Positions 1 to 12,420 of a stretch of 64,000 nt of DNA are shown here, piece after piece. The translations under genes were made by a program, and so were the position numbers. Position 1 is the first letter of the stretch, and each line of letters begins with the position of its first letter. This DNA is from Octopus vulgaris (Eukaryota): contig OX597817.1 in the NCBI GenBank assembly GCA_951406725.2, forward strand, positions 55,118,001 to 55,182,000, given 5' to 3'. Under the pieces are notes generated by a model. The model saw nothing but the letters and a program-made list of their open reading frames with translations, did no database searches and was not told where the DNA came from.

Positions 1-369
1 TGGTAGTGGTGGTAGTAGTAGTAGTGGCTGTGGGGTTGGTAGAAGTAGTAGTAGTGGTAATAGTAATAATAGTAGTGGTGGTGGTGGTGGTGTTGCTGGT
101 GGTGGCAAAAGTAGTAGTTGTGGTAATAGTAGTTGTAGTTATAGAGTGGTGGTGGTGGAAGTAATAGTAGTGGTAATATAGTTGTATAGTTTAGTGGTAG
201 TAGTAGTGGTGGTGGTGGTGGTGGTAGTGGTGTTGCTGGTGGTGGTAGAAGTAGTAGTTGTGGTAATAGTAGTTGTAGTAATAGTGTGGTGGTGGTGGTG
301 GTGGTGGAAGTAGTAGTAGTGGTAATAGTAGTAGTAGTAGCAGTGGTGGCAGTACAAGTAGTAGTAATA

Positions 370-427
<58 letters not shown>
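1..427. repeat. (GTA)n/(GGT)n compound trinucleotide microsatellite
   Basis: Direct reading: GTA/GGT triplet runs, with a pure (TAG)n run at about 378-426. Confidence 0.95.
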
Positions 428-428
<1 letters not shown>

Positions 429-489
429 AGAAGGCGCGTGGCTTAGTGATTATGGGTATTTGGCCCACGATCGCAATATCATGAGTTCG
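428..489 (+). mobile_element. tRNA-derived SINE head only (truncated), inverted copy of 1444-1505
   Basis: GGCGCGTGGCTTAGTG (A-box-like) ... GAGTTCG (start of B-box), then abrupt end; reverse complement of 1444-1505 with 2 mismatches. Confidence 0.75.
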
Positions 490-864
490 CTTTTCTAGAA
501 AATTCCTTTCGCTCTGGGAGGCCTATTTCAGTTTTTATTTACAAGTTTTGTTGTGGTGTGAAACGAGCCTGTTATGGAAGCTGTATGTTGTTTTTTGTTT
601 TTCTAGCAATATCACCTTCCTAGTTATAGAATCATTCGTACAGGTGCATCTTTGACGAACAGGTGAGTTAGGACGAGAGGTGTAGGCTTATTTGGCAGAA
701 AGCCGGAAACTAACGTCGCATCGTTGTATGTCGTGTCCGAGAGAAGAGTTTTCTCAACTGAGAGGTCACGGGTGGTGTTAGAGTATTTGTCCAAAAATAC
801 ATTATATTCCACATCATATTCCACACTACAAACAGCAACACTCCAACTGCTGCTGCTGTTGCTG

Positions 865-904
<40 letters not shown>

Positions 905-1037
905 GACGACGACGACGACGACGACGACGAAGACGACGACTACTACTACTACTACTACTACTAGTACTACTACTACTATTTCTACTTCTTTTCTTCTTCT
1001 TCTTCTTCTTCTACTACTACTACTGCTGCTGCTGCTG

Positions 1038-1080
<43 letters not shown>

Positions 1081-1210
1081 GGCTTCTACTTCTTTTCTTC
1101 TTCTACTTCTACTGCTGCTGCTGCTGCTACTACTACTACTACTACTACTAATAATAATAATACTACTACTACCACTACTGCTGCTGCTGATGTTTCTACT
1201 TCTTTCAATT

Positions 1211-1503
1211 GATACGATCAACGGAACAGCCATCTCGTGAAATTAACGTGCAAGTGGCTGAGTATTCCACAGACACGTTGTAACCTTAACGCAATTCTCA
1301 GGGAGATTCAGCGTGACACAGAACGTGACGAAGCTGGCCCCTCCTTTAAATTACAGGTACCATACTCATTTGTGCCACCTGAGTGGACTGAAGCAATGTG
1401 AAATAAAGTGTCTTGCTCAAGGACACAACACGACGCTGGGAATCGAACTCATGACATTGCGATCGTGGGCCAAATAGCCATAATCACTAAGCCACGCGCC
1501 TTC
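1211..1503 (-). mobile_element. tRNA-derived SINE (family A-like)
   Basis: Minus strand: A/B-box-like head (GGCGCGTGGCTTAGTG ... GAGTTCGATTCC) and the shared body CACTTGCACGTTAATTTCACGAG also seen at about 3182-3204 and 13221-13242. Confidence 0.85.
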
Positions 1504-1989
1504 TCACTACTACTACTTCTACCACCCACTCCCAGTACTACTACTACAACCACCACCATACAATTACTACTACCATTACCACCATACTACTACTACTTGT
1601 ACTGCCAACATCACCACCACCACTACTACTACTACTAACGCCACCACTACCACAAACACTATACTATTATTACCACTACTACTACTGCTACCACCACCAC
1701 CACCACCACCACCACTACCACTACTACTACTACTAAATTTTATTGCCATGAAATGAGAATTTAAATGAAGGTTTGCTTCTGCTGTGACCCCTACACCGCT
1801 CCGTCACCAACCGCCCCCACCCTCTTCAACCCCGTCCAATCCGTCCCTCCTCCCTCATATATTTAGCAGCCGGGAATATATTTCATATGTGTGTGTTTTA
1901 TTGATTTCAGTTCAATTTATTTATTTAGGGGACAGCGTCCATGTTTTAATCAGAATGGAAAACATGCGCCGAAAGATGAGTGAAGTCAG

Positions 1990-2649
1990 CAGTGTGAAGA
2001 GAGGGAGAGGGAGAGGGAGAGGCAGGTGAGAGAGAGATCGACAGAGGGTAAAAGACAGATGGTAACAGAGGTAGAGGAGGGAGAGTAACAAAGAGAGAGA
2101 TAGACGAGAGAGTAACAAAGGCAGAGAGGGAAGGAGAGAGGGGGAGAGTAACGAAGAGAGAGGGGAGGAAGAGAGAGCAACAGACAGATTAACAGAGAGT
2201 TAGTAACCGTAGCAGAGAGAGGGGGCGTAACAGAGAGAGAGAGAGATAGCAACAAAGCGAGAAAGAGATAGGTAGAGAGAGTGATAAAGACAGAGTAACA
2301 AAGAGAGAAGAGGGAGGAAGAGAGTAACACAGAGGGAAACAGGGTAAAAGAGAGAGAGAGAAAGAGGGAGAAACACTGGGAGGAAATATTAGACAAGATA
2401 ACGAAAGTGGGGAAAGAAATAGATAATACGAGTGGAAAAGACAGAGAGAGAGATATTGTAAGAGAGAGATAGAAAAGAGAACAAGACAGAGGGAAAGAGG
2501 ACATTGCTAAGGAAAGGCAGGTAGGCGTAAGGTAAAAGAAGAGAAAGAAATTCAGAGAGAGAGAGAGAGAGAGATGGGGTGAAGCAAGGGGATAGAGAAC
2601 GACATAGAGAATCGAGTATAGCGTCAGAGAAGCGAAAGAGATATGGAGT

Positions 2650-2680
<31 letters not shown>

Positions 2681-2730
2681 GGGAAGAAGTGAAGAAAAAA
2701 AAGAGGAAGGAGCGAAGTAATAAGAAGGGA
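1990..2730. repeat. AG-rich polypurine low-complexity tract with degenerate GAGTAACA(A/C)AGAGAG subunits
   Basis: Direct reading: (AG)n runs plus repeated GTAAC motifs. Confidence 0.8.
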
Positions 2731-2907
2731 GTGGTAGGTGTTAATTGGTGCAGTTGTGATGTGAATTTATAAATGAAAATGGAGAAATTTTACATATAGA
2801 ATTGTGTAAAATTATGTAAAAGAACAATCACGGAGATAGGCAGAAACATACTTCTATACTTGCATGCAGAAACACATGCTTCGATAAACGAATACATATA
2901 TACATGT

Positions 2908-3268
2908 GGAGGTACAATGGCTCAGTGGTTAAAGCAGCGCACTCGCGGTCAGAAGTTCGCGGTTTCGATTCCCAGACCAGGTATTGTGAGAGTTTATTGA
3001 GCGAAAATACCTAAATCTCAACGAGCGCGTGGTGGAAAAACCCTGCTGTATTCTTTCTCTCTCTTTCTTCCTGTTTCTGTTGTACCTGTATTTTAAAAGG
3101 GCCAGGCTTGTCACGTTCTGTGTCACACTGAATCTCCCGGACTACCACGTTAAGGGCACTCGTGTCTGTGGAATGCTCAGTCACTTGCATGTTAATTTCA
3201 CGAGCAGGTTCTTCCGCTGATCGGAGGATCAACTGGAACCCTCGTCGTCGTAACCGACGCAGTGCCAC
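2908..3268 (+). mobile_element. tRNA-derived SINE, family A, near full length
   Basis: TGGCTCAGTGGTTA A-box-like and GGTTTCGATTCCC B-box-like motifs; body colinear with 12954-13303, ending GGAACCCTCGTCGTCGTAACC...GTGCCAC. Confidence 0.9.
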
Positions 3269-3383
3269 GAGTGTATATACATACACAAACATAAGTTAGG
3301 ACGAGAGATGTAGACTTATAATAATAATTATAACAACAACAATAATAATAATAATAATAATAATAATTATTATTATTATTATA

Positions 3384-3423
3384 TATATATGCACATATAT
3401 ATATATGTGTGTGTATATATATA

Positions 3424-3483
<60 letters not shown>

Positions 3484-3495
3484 TATATACATACG

Positions 3496-3576
<81 letters not shown>

Positions 3577-3605
3577 TTACATCTATACGTATATACATAT
3601 ATACG
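3384..3605. repeat. (TA)n microsatellite
   Basis: Direct reading. Confidence 0.95.
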
Positions 3606-3859
3606 CATATGTGGATACTGGGCTTCACGAAACGGACAACAAAGAAAAAATACGAAGCACGAGTACATGGAACATAAACTATTCTTTCGCACAACGAAAG
3701 ACACAAATGGAGACAATACAAACAGCGTAAAGAACGACCCTTCATCAGTTGTTGGCTGTTTTTCTAGTCTCGTATTTTTTAAGCACAAAAAATTGGTAAT
3801 AAAATCTATATTCCTTCTACAAATCTATTGAAACATATCATACATGCTCTTTATAACAT

Positions 3860-4644
3860 GGGAAAATGAACGTAAATCTTCGTATTTCAACCTAAGCACC
3901 GGTAGCGTCGACCAGTTTTATCAAACGACCAGGGATGTAATGAATAACCTTCAGAAGAATGCTGTCTGGGATATCATTGTGTGCTTCCTGAATCCGTGTC
4001 TAGAATCCTCCAGTGAGCGAGGTTCTGTCTTGTACACCTCCTCTTTTGTGTAACTCCACATGTAAAAATCACATGGACTGAGATCTGAACTTCTTGGAGT
4101 TCTGGATTTCTGGACTTCTGCGGTCAGACTCTTCAGGTGTTTTAGCCCCTGCACGTAATTGAGTTTCCACGAAGAAAAATCCAATTCTTTAGGCAACACC
4201 ATACGTACTGTGTGTCTTGTTATTCCACTTTCACGAGCTGTTTGACGTTGGTATTTGCGGGCTGTGGATGGACATTTTCTGCACTGTTGCTGCGTTCTCC
4301 GCTGGTTGAACGGCCACTTCTACTTGCATCGTTCACGGAGCACGAAGTCATCAGCTTTGCATGAAAACATTTCATTGTCTCCGGATGTAATGCTGAATGT
4401 TTACCTTTCGATGCACGCCACCATCTCTGAACCAAAGCAATGGAATTCCACACTTCATAATGCGCTGCTATCTTAGCTCGATCCTGAACAGTCAAGCAAC
4501 CGGCCAACTGGAAAAATAAGAAACAAGAAATAAGATAATGATTAAAATAACATTAGTGTTGCCTGTTTAATAAATGTTTCCGTTATGACTTCAGTGATAC
4601 TAAGAATTCTATAAGCAATGCCTAGTTACTTTCCATCCACCCTG
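3860..4644 (-). mobile_element. Degenerate Tc1/mariner-superfamily transposon (DUF4817-type N-terminus, DDE remnant), one TIR retained
   Basis: ORF 4220..4507 (LTVQDRAKIAAHYEVWNSIALVQRWWR) and ORF 3951..4202 (PRSSDLSPCDFYMWSYTKEEVYKTEPRSLED, matching the PRSPDLxPxDF motif); 5' end CAGGGTGGATGGAAAGTAAC on the minus strand at 4644-4625. Frameshifted and internally deleted. Confidence 0.85.
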
Positions 4645-4787
4645 CCTGTCTGTGTTTGCCTTTCAAGTGCTGCGGTTTTACTGAGATCTCCTTTTAGTAG
4701 AAAGAATAGCTATAACTCTTTGACTGCTATTTCTAAATTCGGTGTGTGGTGAGGCAAATCGTTGCTAAACCCTTAATTACTTAGTAT
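4645..4787 (+). mobile_element. Diverged partial copy (terminal ~145 bp) of the 589-bp hammerhead-bearing unit
   Basis: CCTGTCTGTGTTTGCC...AAACCCTTAATTACTTAGTAT aligns to 4848-4992 with several substitutions and indels; followed by a TA-rich tract. Confidence 0.9.
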
Positions 4788-5294
4788 ATATCTATATATC
4801 TATATATATATATATACATATATATCTATATATCTCTATCTTTCTTACCTGTCTGTGTTTGCCTTTTAAGTGCTGTGTTTTTACTGAGATCCCCCTTTTA
4901 GTAGAAGGAATAGCTATATCTCTTTGACTGCTATTTCTAAATTCGGTGTGTTGGTGAGGCAATTCGTTGCTAAACCCTTAATTACTTAGTATTACTTAAA
5001 TTTTCCTCGAATGGGGCTTTTACATACCGAAATCTACTTGGTGTAATTGATAATTATCCCTAATTAATTAATTTCACCCTTTTATTATTACTGATAACCA
5101 TATTTTATCCCAGTAAATGACCACAGCATTTTGTCTTGGCTGCACGCGGGTGGAAGGGGGCTGGTGACACAAACTTTCATTCAAACTTTGAATTTCGTGG
5201 TACTGGTCATGCTTTGGCTCGCTCTGACACTGAGTTGAGATGACGCATTCTAGTATCTCAAAATTTAATATACAATTATTCACAATTGTAGTAT

Positions 5295-5386
5295 CCTGCG
5301 CCGATGAGAGAAGAAGTCTGGGTAAAGTAGAATTTTCTAATTCTTATGATATCCTAAAACTTGATCTCGAAACGTACGTCCGTAGG
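5295..5386 (+). ncRNA. Type I hammerhead ribozyme motif (core variant CCGAUGA), copy 1
   Basis: Stem I CCTGCG/CGTAGG (one G-U); core CCGATGA; stem II GAGA...TCTC closing a long insert; GAAA; stem III C-GTAC-G; GTC cleavage triplet, predicted cut after 5380. Confidence 0.75.
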
Positions 5387-5883
5387 TAACTTAAAATTGC
5401 ATGATGGATTGCCGTCATTTCATTCTTTCTTTCTTACCTGTCTGTGTTTGCCTTTTAAGTGCTGTGTTTTTACTGAGATCCCCCTTTTAGTAGAAGGAAT
5501 AGCTATATCTCTTTGACTGCTATTTCTAAATTCGGTGTGTTGGTGAGGCAATTCGTTGCTAAACCCTTAATTACTTAGTATTACTTAAATTTTCCTCGAA
5601 TGGGGCTTTTACATACCGAAATCTACTTGGTGTAATTGATAATTATCCCTAATTAATTAATTTCACCCTTTTATTATTACTGATAACCATATTTTATCCC
5701 AGTAAATGACCACAGCATTTTGTCTTGGCTGCACGCGGGTGGAAGGGGGCTGGTGACACAAACTTTCATTCAAACTTTGAATTTCGTGGTACTGGTCATG
5801 CTTTGGCTCGCTCTGACACTGAGTTGAGATGACGCATTCTAGTATCTCAAAATTTAATATACAATTATTCACGATTGTAGTAT

Positions 5884-5975
5884 CCTGCGCCGATGAGAGA
5901 AGAAGTCTGGGTAAAGTAGAATTTTCTAATTCTTATGATATCCTAAAACTTGATCTCGAAACGTACGTCCGTAGG
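5884..5975 (+). ncRNA. Type I hammerhead ribozyme motif (core variant CCGAUGA), copy 2
   Basis: Identical to 5295-5386, offset 589; predicted cut after 5969. Confidence 0.75.
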
Positions 5976-6170
5976 TAACTTAAAATTGCATGATGGATTG
6001 CCGTCATTTCATTCTTTCTTTCTTACCTGTCTGTGTTTGCCTTTTAAGTGCTGTGTTTTTACTGAGATTCCCCTTTTAGTAGAAGGAATAGCTATATCTC
6101 TTTGACTGCTATTTCTAAATTCGGTGTGTTGGTGAGGCAATTCGTTGCTAAACCCTTAATTACTTAGTAT

Positions 6171-6318
<148 letters not shown>

Positions 6319-7406
6319 TGCAACAGAACCCAGAAAATGTTAAAATGGCCATGTTATAAGAAGGAAAACAGAGACGTAATTGAAATAATCGAAAGCTATT
6401 ATCAAAGACCATGAAGAAAAGAATGGTTTGTCTTCATAGTAATATCAGTTGCAACAACAGGTGATAACGCACTAAAAATCGAATATTTATTTTATAATTA
6501 ACTTTTTGGGGGAATATCTTGAAAGAGAGCTAGCAAAAATTTAGGGAACTTCCATTCAAATTTCTCTAATTGCAATTAAATTGAGAAAGATAAAAAAAAA
6601 AATACAGTAGAACTTATATATATACTCAAGGTACGAAGATTAGCATAACTAGGTCAATATCAAAACCAACAGAAAAATATTGCTCATGCACAAGGCACAG
6701 ACGAGGTTGATCTGTTGTACAGTTAAAGCGCGAAATAAAATTTGGTTTATTAGAAAATAACATAATGATAATAACGGTTGTTGATGTCTGCTGTCTTCTA
6801 ACTACATGATGCATGTTCTGTTGTAAAATATTTAACAGGAATGATGTATGGATTGAGGGTGTGACGAAATCATCAATCCAAAAGTAGCTCGATGTGCCAC
6901 TCTAGCCATGGAACATATTGGTGCGTAACTGCATTAGCAGATATGACAAGTAATTTAGGCCACAGCTGCACCAAAAAAATTGTGAAAATATCTCATACAA
7001 TTGTAGAAAATTAAAGTGTTATGATTTTCTAGAATAGTCACCTATATGCATACAGGTAAGGAAATAAGCACCACCTGATCCGATATCCTCGTACAGGACA
7101 GGATCTCCAGTTCCCGTAGAGTAATTGGTGTGGTATTTCTAACTCAAACAACACTAGCATTTTGGTATATATATATATATAGGATGTAGAAAAACTCCCC
7201 TAGTAGAAACACTTGAGTTGAAATAGCAAGGGTCTGGATATGAAAACAATTTCAGATATTGTTGAAGTTCTTGGAATTGTGACGCGGTGTTGGTAAAAAA
7301 AAATCACTGATTTGTTATGAAGAACTATTAAAGGGAAGAGAAGAAAAAGTGGAATGAGCTCTTATTCTGCGAAAATTATTATCTTCAATTACTAACCACT
7401 TATGAA

Positions 7407-7696
7407 TGCGTATGACTTAGGGGTTTAGCATATTCGGCTCACGATCAAGAATTCAGTTCTTGGCCACTCATTGCGTCCTTCAGCTAAACCTTTTTAATTT
7501 ACGTTGCCCCAGTTCCTTCAGCTGTGAAAAAATGAGTTGTGGCTGTATTTGGAAGGACCAGCCTTCTCCCTAAGAACTGAGTTAAGTGAACGCGTGTCGG
7601 TAGGGTGGTCAACCACCTGCACGTTAATTTCAAGAGCAGGCTTTTCCGTCGACCGGATCAACTGGAAAAGTCGTCGTTATAAACGACGAGGAGCCA
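7407..7696 (+). mobile_element. Diverged tRNA-derived SINE (family A-like)
   Basis: Degenerate head, then CACCTGCACGTTAATTTCAAGAGCAGGC...GGATCAACTGGAA...GTCGTCGT shared with the family A copies. Confidence 0.7.
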
Positions 7697-8332
7697 GGAT
7701 ACTAACCACATCTACTAATATTTACGACTTCAGATTGCCTCTGGAACAATTCTTTACATTAATTCGTGAATGGTGAAATAGAATTGGTATTTTTATAGTT
7801 TTATTTGTTATTCGCACTGGAAATAATTTTTCTTATCAAAATTAATATTTTCCTTACCAAACTTTTTATTTTATTTTACTTGTGTTTCCATTTTGTAAGT
7901 TGACACAATGTCTGTACGTTTAATTTTCATATTGTCAGCTTTTTAAAAAAAATCTATTTTCGTGTATGAAAATAGTCGTAAACGTGTTTGTTTCCTTATT
8001 AACTTTCTTACGACGACCACTATAGCCAGCATTTCTCCCTGCTGCTTCCAAGACGGCCATCATGCAATGGAAAAGAAACGATGTAAATTGTTATTCTCCA
8101 AAGATTTATAGTTAGTCTGAAATACCTAAGGAAAAAAAAAAGAAAAAATCCTTTCTTCCTCGTCAGGTGATGTGGTGGACCCTTAAATAATCCAAAACAC
8201 TTCTGTTAGTAAAACTCAATTAAAAAAAAAAAGCCTGTTTCCCTTCGGGTAATCTCGTTAAAATTTACTTTGTCACGAGATCTTTGGCATAGATGTCCGT
8301 TCTCTTGAACAATCAACTACAACAGCAGCAGA

Positions 8333-8339
8333 AATAATG

Positions 8340-8409
<70 letters not shown>

Positions 8410-8557
8410 CAACAACAACAATAATAATAATAACAATAATAATAATAATAATAATAACAATAATAATAACAACAACAACAACAATAATAATAATAATAAT
8501 AATAACAATAATAATAATAATAATAATGACAACCACAACAACAACAACAACAACAAC

Positions 8558-8627
<70 letters not shown>

Positions 8628-8645
8628 GTAATAATAATAATGATA
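8333..8645. repeat. (TAA)n/(CAA)n microsatellite
   Basis: Direct reading. Confidence 0.95.
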
Positions 8646-10856
8646 TCAACAACAACAGCAGCAATGATGATGCTGATAATAAACGCAAGAGAAGAAGGTA
8701 GTAGGAGTGTAATGAAAGAGGAGAAGTCGATATGAAAATAAATGGGAAGAAAACGATAAGCAAGAAAAACAAGTTGATGATGTGACAGAAGTTGGAGATA
8801 ACAATTTAAGGTAGAAAAAAAAACAAAGAAATATGTGAGAATAAAAAAGTCAAAGCCAGGAAGGTAGGAAGGAAGAGGCTTTCGATAGGAAAAGGCAGGA
8901 GAGAGGCTAAGTTGAGGAATTTGATAGTGATGAGAATGCGAAGGGAGAATCCGGTGGTATAGGGGTTAGAGTAGGAGAGCTAATGCTGTAAGTGATGACC
9001 ATGTTAGTGGTGATGATGGCGAAAAAAAAGGAACAAAAAACTTCGAAAACAAAAGGGAAAATGCTACAAGGCACAGCATCTGATATCATTAAGGGTAGAA
9101 TATAAAAACAATTATGAAAAGTAGAAGAAAAATATGGCGAACATTAAATAAGAAGTCGAACGTCGCAACAAACTTCTCCAAATTGAAACAGGCAATTGTC
9201 ACTGATGTTTCGTTTGAAAGGAGCAGACGTTAATGTGCGACAATAAACGGTAGGGAGTGATGGGTAAGGTGTAGGTGAGAGCAGGGATAAGTCGGGTGGA
9301 TAGAGATATTTTAAAGATTATCACTGAAAGACGGATGGGAGGAACGACGGTGGACAGGGATATTTGTGGCGGGGTGGGAGCTGGGTGGTATGTGAGATGT
9401 TTGATTTAGGGGGTGCGTTGAGAATTTGGGAGTTGCAGATTGTCTTCGTGATTGGAATGTGTTACGTGTTTGTTTTGGAGGATGGACGAATGAAGAGGGG
9501 GGGGGTTTAATGCAATAGAATGGAAAGAAAACAGTAAATGTTGAAGGAATAAAAAAAATTAAAGAAGAAAAAGAAGAGGAGAAAGAAGTAGATGAGAAGG
9601 AAGGGGAGGGAAAAGACGAAAGAGAGGAAGGCGATAAGGGGGTAAGAAGAAGGAGGAGAGGAGGAGAAAGAGGAAGAGGATGATGAAGAAGGGGATGAAG
9701 TGGAGGAGGAAGAAAAGAAGGACGAGGAGGAGGAAGAGGAGGAGTGCAAAGAAGATGAAGAAGATGAAGAAATTAAAAATAAAGGACAGGAAGGAGAAGA
9801 AAAGAAGGAAAAGAACAAATGATAAAATGGAGGGTTATGAGAAAGAGATGAAGGACAATGAAAGAAATGATGAAAGAAAACGAGGTGAGAAGAGAGAAAG
9901 GCGAGAATAAAGAGAGGAAAAGAAAGAAAGTAAAGGTGACTGTCACAAGTAGATTATGGCGAAAGAATGATATTTACCAATGAAAGTAGCAGGGAATGAT
10001 GCGATGAAGGAAAAGAAGAAAAGGTGATTGAAAATACTGACAGAGAATTTATAGCGTTAATATAAAGATATGTCTGCGATGATCTGTATCAGAAAAAAAA
10101 AAACAGGAATCAATAAAGTTTCGTAGAAACAAGATGGCGAAAACAAGATATTATTTACAATAGGGAAAGAATTATGAAGAATGTGATAGTCATTGAATAT
10201 GAAAACGGAAAAAGGATGAATGATGGGAAGAAAAAAAATGAAAACGTTTGGATGAAATTTAAACACAGGAAGAATACAAGTGAGAGAGAATATTGAAAAA
10301 TAAAAGTTAGACAAAGTGGCATTTAAATAAATAAACGAAAAAATTCATAAAGAATATAGAAATGAAGGAAGTCATCAATTAAATATGGAAGTTTAAATCA
10401 GGAAAGTTAAGTGAATGTAATGAGCCCAGAAGAATTTTTATTCCCTTGAAATTAAATTTGTTACGTGAAGGAAATTTATTGTGGTTATAACTTTAATTCG
10501 TTGCGAAATCTTCAGCTCTATCTCAATGTAAATAGGTAAGGTTGCTGAAAAAAGTTTGGTTTAAAGCCCCACCAAATATCAATTTGATTTTAAATCTATT
10601 CTCTATTTTTCGAGTGGGATCTCCATAATTGTTTGCATTATTTCCAAAGTATTCCCTAGTATCAAAGTTCTCCCTCATATTGTATGTGCGTGTATGCATG
10701 TATAATTGTATGTATATATGTTTGTATTAATGTATGTATATATGTGTGTATTTAATGTATGTATGTATGTATGTATGTATGTATGTATGTATGTATGTAT
10801 GTATGTATGTATGTGTGTATCTATCTATCTATATATCTCTGCACACTCACACACAT

Positions 10857-10903
<47 letters not shown>

Positions 10904-11010
10904 CGTGTGCGTGTGTTATCCTTTATCATTTACTGGTTTCAGCGTGAGGCTGTGTCCATGCTATAGTATCGCCCATCAGTGTTTCGGGTTCTCCTTTCGG
11001 TACTGCTTAC

Positions 11011-11120
<110 letters not shown>

Positions 11121-11177
11121 GATAACATTTTTCGAAAAAATTCTATCAATGGCCAGCATATTAAAAAGTACCTTTAA

Positions 11178-11214
<37 letters not shown>

Positions 11215-11238
11215 GTATTTCAAAATAGAAAATTACCC

Positions 11239-11273
<35 letters not shown>

Positions 11274-11829
11274 TATGTGGTTAGCTATGGTAGGGGCTGG
11301 CACAGGTCTGACACTCAAAACGTGCATAATTATGGGCCTTGCTAGATGAATATTCTGGATATTTCACGAATGATCATTCCCAAGATACCCGCTGTTTCTA
11401 AACCGTGATTCTAACTGGGTAATTCGTTGATTCAATTACCAATCTTGCTGCAGAATGGGCGTGGCGCTTATATCTCTGCACCGGTTAGCTTTGATGCCTA
11501 TTACCATGTTTCATTTAGGTATTTCCTTCCAATGTCATTACTATATTCCATACCTGTTGTCCTGTGTCTAGTTCATAATTTCTCAATTATGCCTACGTTT
11601 TTGTTTGATATCATGATATTATGTATTTTTCTTTATCTAACATATCAATGGCTTTTATTAATTAATTTTTCGCTCATAAAGTCTGTATTACGGCGCTTTC
11701 CTGAACCAAATTCTTTATCAATTCCAATAATTGATCATAGTACACTGTATGTAATAATGATGTCTGTATTTTGCCATCTGTATTATGTATTATGTGGCCA
11801 TTATTATCATTCATCTTTTATCTTTCACT

Positions 11830-12420
11830 GGTTTAAGCCAGGGGCTGAGGCCATGCTGCTGCACCACCTATCAGTGTGTTTGGTTTTCGTTTCTGTACTG
11901 TTTCTGGTGACGTAACGAGTTGGACGGAACCGTTCTTTATTGTCTCCCTACAATGTAGGTTCATCTGGTATCTCAGATAAAAGTTTGTACACGCACTGTT
12001 TGAAGGCTTCCACATCTACAGAATGGTTGGCAGAACGTTGAGCAGTTGTGAACCCTTCAAAATACATGCTGTTACAGTACTGGCTCCTTGTTATTGATGT
12101 AGAAAACGAGATCTTTTACACTATGCCGTGTTGTCTAGTTCGGCGATCGGTATAGCATTCAATTCGAAAGTAAGGAGCTAAACTTTCCAGGATTTTCCCT
12201 ATGCGTATCACAGCATATAGTGGACACCTTCTCTCTAGGGAGCAGATCCTCACTTCCCTTAGCATCCCTTGGTGATCCATCTGATTTACGGAGTCAATCT
12301 TTGTATAGAGGCACTGGATTGACTTAGGTTCAGCCATCGGCTTGACGTTCTGCGGTGACCACATTTGGGAGCAGTAATCCATACAACTGAGAAGGAAAAT
12401 CGTCTATAGGAATAGCATGG
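11830..12420 (-). mobile_element. CR1/L2-group LINE 3' fragment (RT C-terminal region), degenerate
   Basis: ORF 12116..12382 DYCSQMWSP...KSIQCLYTKI...SLERR resembles the CR1-group C-terminal motif L(E/D)YCxxVWSP...LExVQRRxTK...SLERRR. Boundaries approximate. Confidence 0.7.

Larger units (their letters stand above)
4839..6170 (+). mobile_element. 589-bp tandem repeat (about 2.26 copies), each full unit carrying a hammerhead ribozyme motif; retrozyme/Penelope-pLTR-like
   Basis: TTCTTACCTG recurs at 4842, 5431 and 6020 (period 589); identical ORFs at 5074..5283 and 5663..5872; only isolated substitutions between copies; flanked by TA-rich repeats on both sides. Confidence 0.9.

Noticed and set aside
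2908-2985. tRNA gene candidates at SINE heads
   Set aside because: A/B-box-like motifs continue into SINE bodies and no full cloverleaf is evident.
3735-3765. CCCTTCATCAGTTG motif (CTGATGA on the minus strand), shared with about 60354-60377
   Set aside because: A real dispersed repeat, but no correctly placed GAAA or stems for a hammerhead.
5074-5283. Duplicated 69-aa ORF in the 589-bp unit
   Set aside because: No recognisable motif; identity is explained by the tandem repeat.
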